From Octopus bimaculoides (taxonomy: Eukaryota): 64,000 nt of DNA. The notes below the pieces were generated by a model, which saw only the letters and a list, made by a program, of their open reading frames with translations, ran no database searches and was not told where the DNA came from. How positions within the stretch are numbered: position 1 is the first letter of the stretch; each line of letters opens with the position of its first letter. The translations under genes and the position numbers were made by a program. This document shows positions 26,201 to 36,060 of this stretch, in pieces. Location of the stretch: positions 22,377,690 through 22,441,689 of the forward strand of contig NC_068994.1 in the NCBI RefSeq assembly GCF_001194135.2, given 5' to 3'.

Positions 26201-29200
26201 ATTTTAACTACTTTTTCATGGTTGTCTTTCAGTTCAACTGATTGTCTCTTACAGACTTTCAAAATCTCAATGATTCAATAAAAGATAATTCTGATCTTTA
26301 AAATAAAATGTAATGCATAAAAAAACAGGCTTACTTTTCGATTGATGACTAACTCTCGAGGTTGAATCTCAATATTTAGACCAGGTTTCAGTAAATTATT
26401 TGCAATTGCAGTTTGTAACTGAAAATAGATAAAATAAAAATTGAAAGACATCATTTTAACATTCACTTTTCTAGGCTTGCATGAGTCAGACAGAATTTGA
26501 TGAGGGAGATTATCTACAGCAAAATGCTTTTCCTATCACCATCTCTCACTTGTTTCCAAGCAAGGTAATATTTGTCCATGGCTAAAATATCACAGAATAT
26601 TTGTACAGTGACACTTGTTTACAATTATCATGTGATATCAAGGTGAGGAGACAGTAACACACACTTGCACACATGTCTAAGAAATATAGGAAGGATTAGA
26701 AAATACCTAAATCAGTAGCTAACTGAAACATTAGTGACATGTATTTGTATCATCACCACTGGACATGGGTAATGCATTACTCTATGAGAAATTTGACCAT
26801 ATCTCCAAACAGATGAGGGCTCTACACAGACTTCCCGTAAAAGTCTAAATAAGACTCTATGTTGATATTCAAAACTGTACATGGACTCACTACTCAATAC
26901 ATTAGTGAATTGCTTCATGGAAAAGAGTTAATACTGTGATATAAATCAAGTGGAAATGCATTCATCATGTTACTAAGTACCGAGCTATGATGATAGGGTT
27001 TTCATATGTTGATTTTGTTGGTAGTTCATCGGTATCAGACGATGACAAAGCCTGCGTTCTAAGCAATGAGAATGCATGTGACTCTGCAGTTCAAAGTTGG
27101 AAGCACACAGATGTCAACAATTGTCACGATAGTCTGTTGTCTGAATTGAGGCAGATGCTGTCTTGTGGCAACTATCTCTTGCAGCAGCAAGACACTGTTG
27201 CTGGTCCTCCTTGAAGCCAGCTGCTGCTCAAGAGATGAGAGATCTCTATGCTGATCTGTCAGTGGCAGAAGCTTCAAGTTCACATGGATTAATGCTACTC
27301 TGTTTGAAGTTGCTTTACAGGGTGTCCTTCTACCTCAGCTTAGGCCATCCTTGATTGCTTTCTTATAGCATCAAGATAATGGCAACACTCCATTTGTAGA
27401 AAAGGAGTTGGTAGAAATTCTATAAGGTGTACTCAGTATAATCAATGGATGCATTAAAAGGTGTAGTGACATAGCTTTGCTGTGTGAGCAACCAAATTAA
27501 CAGTGGGGTTGGATGTTCTGAAAGTGTAGTAGTTAGAATAAGAATGTGGTGGAGAAAATACTATTACCTCAGCTGGCAACAAAGGGCTTAACTCTCAAGA
27601 TCAAGGACAGAGCATATGATACTTACAGGCAAAATATACAGCTGCATTACAGTGAGATGTGGGGTCTGGAGTGTAAAGGACAAGCAAAAGCCAGAAAATG
27701 AGACAAGCATGCTTCACTGAATGCACCATGTTAGTGTGCATGAATGACAAAATATAAATAAACAAGCTGGGTACAAGAGGAATCAGATATAGTGTGCAAG
27801 AGAGGAGACTGCACTGGTTTAGTCATATGATGCAAATGGAGGAGGACTACTGTAGAAATAAGTGTCAATTGCTCAAAGAGAATGTCACCTGTGGAAAAGG
27901 GAAACTAAAGACATGGAGGTGGTGAAAAATGATCTCAAAATGTTGCATTTGATGAAGGCGATGACAAAATTGTTGACTGGTGATACACAGTGATGCAGAA
28001 GACCCAAAATCTCACACACACATTCCTTGCCAACTGTTTTGTGCATGCACACCTACCTAATGTATTGCCCATTCTATATCCTCTTGGCACCCCACTATCT
28101 ATTCTGTATTCATCTCTTCTACTCACCATGCCATGTCACTCATGTGATTTTTGTGCATATTGAATATATCCCTTTCCCAAACTTTCATCACCTATATTCC
28201 TCTTTCCTCCCAAGTCATGATGCTTCCACTCTGGCAATCTTTACTCATACTATCTTGGACATATTACTTTGAGTATATCCTGGCCCTTATCATCATCTTA
28301 TTTCTCCTCCATGCTCAACTCTACTCATATAACGGTGGGTGGTGCTGCATTTCTTCCAACTCAAACTGCCTTTTCCCCCATCCTCACCACCCTTAGCACT
28401 GACTATCTTACTAATTCCCTGACACACTTTTCACTTTCTTTCCTACTACCCCCTTCTCTAACACTGTTAGTTTCTCTCCTATCATTCTCTCTCAACAAAC
28501 CTGAGTAATTCCAATAAGAACTACTTTGGACTATCTTGAACGGGTATGGCCAAACAAGACTGACTGAACACATTACTGAACCCACCACCTTATTACAATT
28601 ACTACTTAGTTCTCCCTGACATTACTCTATTTCTATTACTCCTGCCCTAATATTGGTTCCCTTGTTATTCTCTCCATTAGCATCCTCTCGCAATAAATCT
28701 CTTCTATCCATCATGAAGCTAGTCCTTCACTTTGCAAGCTACAAGGTGACTAAATGATGCTGGTGCCACAAAACACCTAATACACTCTGTAAGTGATTGG
28801 TAAATCGAATCAAGCAGTGGCATTGCAGGGGTTGATGGTAAGACAACAGCTATCATGCTGGTGACAGAAAAAATATATCCAGTACACTCTGTAAAATGTT
28901 TAATGTTAAGAAGGGCATCCGGCATGGTCAATCAGATTTTCTGCCAACAGATGTGTGTATGGTAAAGTGGACCAGGGATTAAAGGGTGAATGGGTTGGTG
29001 GGTAAGTTCAAGAGATTACAAAAAGAGAGTATGAGATGGCAGCTGGAGGGAATGCAGTGAGTGGGCACAGATAGAGGGAGGTGGGTATTAGGACAATATG
29101 TTGTGGGGAAAAGATTTGACTGGGATAAATTGTGTGCAGGAGGTAGGTTCATGATGGAAAGTGAGAAATTGAGGGGAGAGGAATACAATATATGGTGAGT

Positions 29201-31446
29201 CCATTGGGAGATGTTGAGATGGGTGGGTGGGTGTGGAAGATGGGCTGTGGAGGAGAGATTTATCAGAAGCTAGATTGTGTCAGCGGCAGGTAGGAGGGGG
29301 GCATTGATATAAAGGATATGCCTTTATGGCAATAGATACGGAAAACAAGAAAATGTCATGGAAGTGCTATTATGAGAGGCTGCTGAATGTGGAGTATGCA
29401 TATGATAAAGAAAGGTTACTTCATGCTGATCCTACAAAGGAACCAGCAATTGAAGTTGACAGTTGCATGGTAGATAAAGAGATTGAGGTCATGAAGATGG
29501 GGAAAATTGCAGGTCCATGAGAGACAATTGCAGAGTTGCTCAAAATATCTGGTGAGGTATGCATGATAGTTAATCAAGTTATACTGGAAGGTATCAACCC
29601 AAATGACTGGCATAGCAGTAAACTGCTACAAAGGAGATGTTTCAGAGAGGAATTTATAGAGAAATCAAAATACTGGATCAGTTTATGAAGGCCTTGGAGA
29701 GAATCATAGCATGTCGATGAAATGTTTGGTTTTGTATTTGGGAGGTACTTAGGCTATAATTTTCCTAATGAGGCACCAAAAGGGAAAGACACAGCTAAGA
29801 GTAAACCACTGGCATTCAGTGACTGAAGACGGCGTTTGACAGGGTACCACATTCAGTAATTTGGTAGTTATTAAGGAAACTAAGTGTACACAAATGGTTT
29901 ATGAGGGATGGACAAGCCATATCAGGGGCGGACCCTGGAGGAGAGGGCTGAGGGGCAAGTTCCCCCTCAAGAAAAGAAGTGCGCCCTTCTAAATAATGTT
30001 ATTACACCCTTTTCTCCTGGAATTGCATTCTCTTCTGACCTAGTGCCCTCCCTTCGAGAAATTCCTGGGACCGCGCCTTCATATACCTTCATGTGGTGAA
30101 TAAAGTGAGAGTCAACGATTTCAGGGAGTAGGCTTATGGATCACCAAATTCTTAAAACGTTGTAACAGTAAGTTCATATTTATGTTTTTGAAGGTGGTGG
30201 ACAATAAACGACCCCATTCTTTTTTTTTTTTTTCATAAGAATGAAGTGCATAGTGCAAAAAGAAAATTGAAAAAGTCCGTCCTGAGGCCAAGATTCAATA
30301 TCAACTTCATTTATGTCTTCTGATATGTCAACAATTCTATTTCTCACAGAGCGTGCATTTAATCAACAAAAATTAGCTGCTTGTGAGTTTAAGCCGTCTC
30401 TGTCATGACAGGCTACACAAAGTTTATTATTTACATTATTTTGATTGTAGGAAGCGCCAATGAAGTTGTGCAATGTGGTATAAAGACATTTATCATTTCA
30501 CCGATGAAAATTTATCATGATCCTCAGAAATTTTATGTCGAATAGTGTACACAAAATCAACAAAAGTCACTTTTCTCCTCTGCGACGTGTTATAACTATC
30601 AGTAACATCTTGCAAGGTAGGTACTTAAATACAGAGGTCCCTTAATGGTACTACTTAAATTCAGGTGTTGCGTAAAAAACATTATAAACGTATGCTGTGT
30701 GGACGTGTAATGACACCCTAACCCTCTCTTTCATATCGTTACGTAGATGCATCAAGACCTCTCTATTTAAGTAGTGCCCATGTCCAATAAGTGTCCATTG
30801 TAAAACGGCTGAGAATAATTAAAATTCGGCATTCCTTCGACAATGGTCTAACAGAGTGTCGGTGTGAGGAGACGAGAATTCTTGAAATATAGTCTTTCCT
30901 CAAACCAAATCACCCAAAGATGATTTTTATACAAAAATACCAAGAAGTTTTGGTTGATGCATAAAAAAAAGAAAGAAAAAAACACAGAGCCACGAGTAGA
31001 CAACAAATCCTAATTATCGAATGACAAAATTTGGTCATTTTAATCATGAAATATAATTTTTGATCGCATAGAAATACGATTAAATAGTAATTAAACAAAC
31101 CAACTTTAAGAAATGACAATCAGATTTCTCAAAATCATATTCCACCGTTTTAAGAAGGTTAAGGTGGTTCGAGTGCAATAGTTTTTATCAGAGATGTACT
31201 TAATTAATGTTTACAATATCTGAACAATATCTGTCTGGTTCTCAATTTAACATGTGTTCAGCGAAGTCGAAGTTGAACACGTGGTGTATGGATTCTGTTT
31301 TAAAATACCAAATGACAATGATACATACGTCACATCTTCTTTTGCTAGTTAATCTACAAGTCTGTGACTATAATTAAATTAATATTGGAAATACAACTCA
31401 CCTCCTCATCAGAATCCGCACTATCAAAATCACTGTTGCCATCCAT
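11151..31446 (-). CDS. EBNA1BP2: rRNA-processing protein EBP2 (EBNA1-binding protein 2), 9 coding exons, 307 aa; complement join 31402-31446, 26335-26418, 20895-21055, 17613-17736, 16192-16281, 15372-15447, 14046-14157, 11432-11576, 11151-11237
   Basis: Manual splicing: all introns are GT..AG, phases are compatible, total 924 nt with no internal stop. The peptide carries recognisable Ebp2 motifs: LLKPGLN, WVERLD, NDFQRELCFYKQAQSAV, IPTKRPDDYFAEMAKSD, EKAKKLR, KDKLDFL, RFGFGGKKK and a basic C-terminus. Confidence 0.96.
11432..11576 (-). CDS. EBNA1BP2: EBP2 exon 8 (PNSKRQSKNERFGFGGKKKRSK...)
   Basis: Acceptor ctttttag|, donor |gttaga; 145 nt; FGFGGKKK motif. Confidence 0.94.
11690..12175 (+). 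mobile_element. Two family C (RTE-tail type) repeats ending in (ATG)n
   Basis: gaagggcatccagc...agcatggaaa...taaa(atg)n, a motif recurring at ~18700-18900, 24300-24610, 41900-42095, 42350-42650, 43420-43745 and 56860-57075. Confidence 0.75.
12960..13860 (-). mobile_element. Highly decayed LINE RT remnant in EBP2 intron 7
   Basis: Weak, stop-riddled similarity to the NYR.I...KxFE...Q(Y)GF region of LINE RT. Confidence 0.4.
14046..14157 (-). CDS. EBNA1BP2: EBP2 exon 7 (GQKDKLDFLDD...)
   Basis: Acceptor tattttag|, donor |gtaatt; 112 nt. Confidence 0.93.
14684..15010 (+). mobile_element. tRNA-derived SINE with a CORE-like ttgagcaagacact domain (family D)
   Basis: A box TGGCTCAGCGG, B box GTTCGAATCCC; a second copy lies in opposite orientation at 21744-22068. 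Confidence 0.85.
15372..15447 (-). CDS. EBNA1BP2: EBP2 exon 6 (VQIDILKKRAQEKKKMLEEVKKYRK)
   Basis: Acceptor ttttcaag|, donor |gtaggt; 76 nt. Confidence 0.95.
16192..16281 (-). CDS. EBNA1BP2: EBP2 exon 5 (IREKLIAQEIGMEKSEKAKKLRAARKFGKQ)
   Basis: Acceptor tttcttgcag|, donor |gtaagt; 90 nt. Confidence 0.96.
17613..17736 (-). CDS. EBNA1BP2: EBP2 exon 4 (YKQAQSAV...PTKRPDDYFAEMAKSDLHMKR)
   Basis: Acceptor aattag|, donor |gtaagt; 124 nt; most conserved Ebp2 motif. Confidence 0.97.
17890..18570 (+). mobile_element. RTE-clade LINE, RT fragment
   Basis: AFDRVP...MRKL, GCPWELFYADDL, EKKFQVWKQGLESKGL, followed by a Cys-rich CSICKKGVGRNSI.C..C segment. Confidence 0.9.
18985..19149. mobile_element. Small TA-flanked MITE-like inverted repeat
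   Basis: TA-caacaatgcact...agtgcattgttg-TA, with inner arms atccatagtccgatatttc / gaaatatcatcggactatggat. Confidence 0.65.
19650..19915 (-). mobile_element. 3' fragment of a non-LTR element with a restriction-like endonuclease (R2/R4/NeSL group)
   Basis: EISCPADVNIKLKTSEKENTYAEL...IPVIIGTLG matches the RLE C-terminal E..CP.D.N...K..EK..KY..L...PIVIG.LG pattern. Confidence 0.75.
19950..20475 (-). mobile_element. Near full-length SINE family A with internal (GAT)n/(AT)n and a gap
   Basis: Head at ~20470, body and tail down to ~19950. Confidence 0.8.
20895..21055 (-). CDS. EBNA1BP2: EBP2 exon 3 (DDMENIL...WVERLD...NDFQRELC)
   Basis: Acceptor ttatag|, donor |gtgagt; 161 nt. Confidence 0.96.
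21744..22068 (-). mobile_element. SINE family D, inverted partner of 14684-15010
   Basis: Reverse complement aligns along its full length; the ORF track shows the shared spurious peptide DHGIAPRKLP..AQVQARLFMEDQQSPMHTSL. Confidence 0.85.
22990..23450 (+). mobile_element. RTE LINE, 3' end of ORF
   Basis: LSLRVKGRLYDACVR...LRWMC...WFGHVMRM...RPRKTW; followed by a pyrimidine-rich tail to ~24270. Confidence 0.9.
24704..24930. repeat. Diverged ~120 bp tandem duplication
   Basis: ggatgaaat(t/c)gtagttat...aaatgaaaaaga...catgaaaacaatta(c/g)acaag(a/g)atgaaagtaaatt occurs twice. Confidence 0.75.
26335..26418 (-). CDS. EBNA1BP2: EBP2 exon 2 (LQTAIANNLLKPGLNIEIQPRELVINRK)
   Basis: Acceptor tattttcag|, donor |gtaagc; 84 nt; LLKPGLN motif. 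Confidence 0.95.
27050..27420 (-). mobile_element. RTE (BovB-like) LINE C-terminal remnant
   Basis: KLR*KDTL*SNFKQSSINPCELEASATDRSA*RSL, followed by remnants of a terminal C..C...SHM..H motif. Confidence 0.75.
27630..28010 (+). mobile_element. Decayed RTE LINE 3' end
   Basis: Same family as 22990-23450 (gtgtgcaagagaggagactgcactggtttagtcatatg). Confidence 0.7.
29320..30140 (+). mobile_element. Decayed RTE LINE ORF2 fragment
   Basis: WKCYYERLLNVE...GKIAGP, NCYKG, and later AFDRVP-like sequence. Confidence 0.8.
29923..30079. mobile_element. Small hAT-type MITE inserted in the RTE remnant
   Basis: caggggcggaccctgg...cctgggaccgcgcctt imperfect termini; GC-richer than its flanks. Confidence 0.5.
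30615..30779. mobile_element. MITE-like inverted repeat in EBP2 intron 1
   Basis: gtacttaaatacagaggtc / gacctctctatttaagtag (17 of 19 positions complementary). Confidence 0.5.
31402..31446 (-). CDS. EBNA1BP2: EBP2 exon 1 (MDGNSDFDSADSDEE)
   Basis: ATG at 31446; donor GAG|gtgagt; acidic N-terminus as in EBP2 orthologues; phase 0. Confidence 0.88.
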
Positions 31447-31988
31447 AGTTACAGGTAAATAGAGTAAAGTACGAATGCTCACGAAGGATAAGAAATTGAC
31501 ATCATTTTATTCACCATCAATGCGAAGTTTGAATATGTCGTTAGTGAAACAAAAAGTCTTGGAAATATAATAACAAAGAAAATAATTATAGCAACAATAT
31601 TAAATGTGAAAAATTACTTATTATTTTTATGATATTTTATGATAACATTTTCAACTAATTGCTATTTCGTATCTTCGGATCTGAATACATTGATACACTC
31701 TGCATGGCTTCAATCCACTTTCTTTTATGTAGAAACATTAATTCTAGTTCTAATTCGATATATGTTGCTTTCTTATTTTTATTTTTATTACTTATTTCAT
31801 TCATTAGACTGAGAGCATCGCCTTGAAGGGTTTAGTCAAATAAATAGACCACAGTACTTTTTTTTAAAAGCCTGGTACCTATACTTATGGATTCTTTTGT
31901 CTAACTGCAAAATTATGGAGTCGTAAACAAACCAGCACCGGTGATGGAAGACAAACACAAATACACACATGCACACAGTACTTATTTT

Positions 31989-33024
31989 GGATCTTTTCCT
32001 TTTAGCCGGCACATAGAAAAAATAATTTTTTGTAACTAAACACTTTCAAATTTCGTATACTGGTAGAATGTATCATTTAAAACATCATTTACTCTTGGCG
32101 TTTTAAAGGAAATTCTTCATTTTCGAAGTTATTTCGTGTTAACGTCGTCATATTTCGGTAATTTCAACCAATCAATGACGTCTATTGAGGTGATAACAAT
32201 TACTGCTGTGGTTTGTCAACAAGACGTTCTGGCGGTGTAAATGTAATTTGTCACTGTTATTTCTGATATATTTACATTTGAGATACACGTGTATATAGTT
32301 TAATCAATTCAGTTATTAGTTATTTAAAAAAAAATTTCAGTTTATTTTGTTTGTGGAAGTATTGTCGTTTGTGGAAGTATAGTCGTTTTGTTTAGCGTTT
32401 TCGAAATTGCCTATTTTGGGATCTTTTCCTCTGAATAAAATTACTGCCGTTATCTGTCAACAAAAAACTATCGGCGGTAAATATTTCGTTTGTCACTGTT
32501 ATTTATGACATCGCTCGTGCGTTTGTACTGGTTTTAGCTTTAGGGTCAGGGTTAGGGTTAGGGTTTTAGGTTTAGAGTTGCGGAAAAATGGAGAAATGGA
32601 GGGAGCAAAAATGTCTTTCTGAAAATAGCTGAAAAAAACCCTAACCTAACTCTAACTCTAAAACCCTATCCCTAACCCTAACTCTGAAACTCGAACCCTA
32701 ACCCTAAAACCCTAAAGCTAAAACCAGTACAAACGCATGAACGGTGTCATAAATAACAGTGACAAAGTACAGTCACAGCGCCAGAACGTCTTGTGGACAA
32801 ACCACAGCAGTAATTGTTTTCACCTCAATAGATGTCATTGATTGGTTGAAATTACGGAAATACGACAACTTTAACACGCAATAACTTCGAAAATGAAGAA
32901 TTTTCTTAAAAACGCCAAGAGTAAATAATGTTTTAAATGATACATTCTACCAGTATACGAAATTTGAAAGTGTTTAGTTACAAAAAATTATTTTTTCTAT
33001 GTGCTGGCCAAAAGGAAAAGATCC
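31989..33024. mobile_element. Non-autonomous foldback DNA transposon (GG...CC termini, 8-bp TSD; Merlin- or MULE-like)
   Basis: ~270 bp TIRs starting GGATCTTTTCCT and ending AGGAAAAGATCC; TSD CTTATTTT at 31981-31988 and 33025-33032; inserted in SINE-derived sequence; no ORF. Confidence 0.85.
32538..32720. repeat. Convergent telomere-like (TTAGGG)n ... (CCCTAA)n tracts inside the foldback element
   Basis: tttagggtcagggttagggttagggttttagg, a ~60 bp spacer, then ccctaacctaac...ccctaaccctaaaaccctaaa. Confidence 0.9.
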
Positions 33025-33149
33025 CTTATTTTTTTAAGGCCTGGTACTTTATCGGTAACTTTTGCCGAACTACTGTTACAGGGATGTAAACACACCAGCA
33101 CTGGTTGACAAGCGATGGTGGTGGTGGGGCAAACAGACACAAATATTAA

Positions 33150-36060
33150 ATAGTCTTTTAATATTGTTCAACTATTTGATATTCTGTAAACTTCCCAGTG
33201 TGTTCACATTTCCTGGAAGTTTATTCTCAATTTCATCGTTGAGTTGGTTGACTTAGTCGTTGTTCGTTGTTAGGATAGCTCTTGAAGGCATAAGTTGTTC
33301 ATTTCCATAATGTGTTGCTTGAACAGCACCAAACCAACTCTTCCTTGGAATTCACTGTTTGGAAGGACTGAATAACAACGGCATCTGAGAAAGGTATATC
33401 AGTATTAACAGTATTTGTAATCCTTCCTTCGCCTGGTTCCAGCAACCAGTTTGCATGGTTGGGTGTCTGAAATTAAATGTAGAAAAAATCGTTTTTTTTT
33501 TCAAGCAATCAAAAACGTGCATATTGCTTGCCATATGCAAAATTTCATTTCGACTCCAAATGGAAGACAGTTTCATGTATGCATCAATTACCGAAAAGTT
33601 AAGCTCTACTAGGTGAATTTGCCGAAAAATTTCCACTGAGGACAAATGATTTCCCTCAAGAAGTTGCTTGTTATTCATTACATGTCAAAGCGTGTAATTC
33701 AAAGCTTTGAGATGTCGGTTTGTACATTGGGGCTTTGTCCCACACTGAACATCGTATAGAAGGCGACTAGCTGCATCATGAGGAAATATATAACTGGTTT
33801 CTCACTAAACTGGGGAAAATGAAGAGAGAATGGGTAGTCCATCCGAGCTTCAAAAGTGTTATTGCAATGCTTGATGAAGCTGTAGCATTCATCGGCCATT
33901 TTTGTGAACATAGAACAGTAACAAATTCAACAGAAAAGTTTTGCCTGTTTTTCCAGGTGCATCATTAAATATCAGGCCACCCTCATTGTTGTCAATTTTT
34001 TTTCTATTGATTGACTCAAAAGTGATCCTCTGCTTGTATTCAGAATTGTAATGAGGCTTAGAATGAAAACCTCACAACTTTAGTAGCAAGACCCAGACCA
34101 CACGTCCTAGTTATTGGTCATCAACTTGCTGGAATATCACCCCAAATTAGAGAGTGTCTTAAAGTGTTCCAGGAGTTCCCGCACTTTTCTAGTTATATAA
34201 GCACAATGCGTGTGGACAAATCAGAGAGCGGCGAATTTTGGAAGCACAAACAACAAGCCCATCAACAAGTTTTTCTTGGATGAAGTTCATCCCTGAGTTA
34301 AAAGGAATTCTTCAACTAGAGTGGGCAAGCATTATTCCTGCCTCTCACGCAGAACTAATCCCCTTCTGTTGGTATTTTCATTACAACTGCTCCAGTTCTA
34401 AGACACTACATTACAGGACTGGCTAACTATCACGTAACTATGTAAATATTGTAATTTACATCATTAAAAAAATGTAATTTCAACAACATTCATAGTTGGT
34501 TTATTATTGGACAACACGCAGCTAAACAAATACCCATTCACCCAGTACAGCAGAGTATATTTATGTGATCATTGTAATAGACTTCAGCTGAAGGATCTAT
34601 TTCATTTGGTTTAACAGGTACATTTTGTTGGTGGTGGTCAGTAGCTAGCAAACCATAACCAACTGTTGAAAGCTCATATCCAATGGTTTGGTTATCCGGT
34701 TCATAGAACATGTCATTAATGGCAGCTTTTCCCCCATCCTTTTCTATGGTCGATATTTCTCTTATGTGATGTAAAAAGTTTCTAATAAGGTTGTGAAATT
34801 TAGAAGTGGAGAAAGAGAGCAGAAATGATAACTGTGGTGAGCTTGGCAGAAACGTTAGCACACAGGGCGAAATGCTTAGCGGTATTTCGTCTGCCGCGTT
34901 CTGAGTTCAAATTCCGCCGAGGTCGACTTTGCCTTTCATCCTTTCGGGGTCGATTAAATAAGTACCAGTTATGCACTGGGGTCGATATAATCAACTTAAT
35001 CCGTTTGTCTATCCTTGTTTCTCCCCTCTGTGTGTAGCCCCTTGTAGGCAGTAAAGAAATGAGAAATGAGAACTGCAACGAATAAATTTCTGAGCTGGTC
35101 AGCAGATTGAATTACTACTGTTTCATTATGCACATTTGCTATTCTCAATCATTCTCAAAGAGATTCAGTACTTGGCACACATGTTTAAAATTTTCTGCGG
35201 ATTACATTGTCGACTGTAAGCAAATCACGAAAACTTGCAGCTCCAGTTCTGTGATGAAGCAATAATCTCAAATACAAGAGTTCTTCCAACAACAGATAGA
35301 CATTGTATACTCCTTTGATGGTCTCAAATATTAATTTTGATTGTATTTTCCTTCTTCGCAAGTCTTATTCGATGATTACTACATATGTTAAGGGAAATTG
35401 CTGCATGTGAGATTTTCCGTTTCTGATTCTTTGGGGTTTCATTAAAGTAAGGAGTGAGTTTAGTTAATTGAGTTATTTGAAGGGTATTTTTTGCGTTGTT
35501 TGGATCAAAAATTATTTGTCATTCATTGGGCATGTAAAATTCTACAGAAGGATTCCCCACTGCCTCTCTTTGCTGAATAGGGAATTTGAAAAGTCTCAAA
35601 TATGATTTAGATGCTCATATTTAATTTCATCTTGTTGATTTGCATTGCCGATATCAAAATGAATTCATTTTCTTTTAAACAAGATTGTTGAACTGTCTGT
35701 CCTGCAATGATTGCATATACCAGATCGTCATGCAGGCCTGCATGTAAGGCTTTTGATTATTTCAAATATACTGCAAGTGAGCAGATTGGACTTGAAGATT
35801 CCACTGATTGTTTTCTGATCGGAACTTGCTTATCAATATTCTACCAGTTTGACGAGTTTCTTCATCACTACCATGTATCAGTACAGCAATGTCATAGCAT
35901 ATAGGCAAGTTATATCTTCTGGATTGTTCATCATCTGACATTTTGCCATCCTGTGATTCAAAAGCAATATTTTCTGGTATTGTGCTAGCATCAATTTGTT
36001 CATGAACAGACAAGAATGGTTGCAGATAAAAAGTACCTGAAACTATAGCAGAATACGGTG
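33150..36060 (-). mobile_element. Decayed Helitron RepHel (Rep region to PIF1 helicase), with internal deletions
   Basis: Collinear motifs: RRYNLP..DIAVLI, RLFKFPIQQR, LYLRLLLHHRTGAASFRDLLTVD, AHS..RIP, WDKAPM...LKALNYTL, IFRQI, NWLLEPGEG, RAILTTNND*VNQLNDEIENKLPG. Confidence 0.88.
34835..35060 (+). mobile_element. SINE family B inserted in the Helitron
   Basis: gagcttggcagaaacgttagc...ttctgagttcaaattccgccgaggtcgac; further copies at ~36760-36900, 54965-55150, 55195-55400 and 55400-55517 (minus). Confidence 0.85.

Noticed and set aside
32538-32720. Ancient telomere-telomere fusion site
   Set aside because: The repeats are short and degenerate and are enclosed by TIRs with an exact 8-bp TSD, so transposon carriage explains them better.
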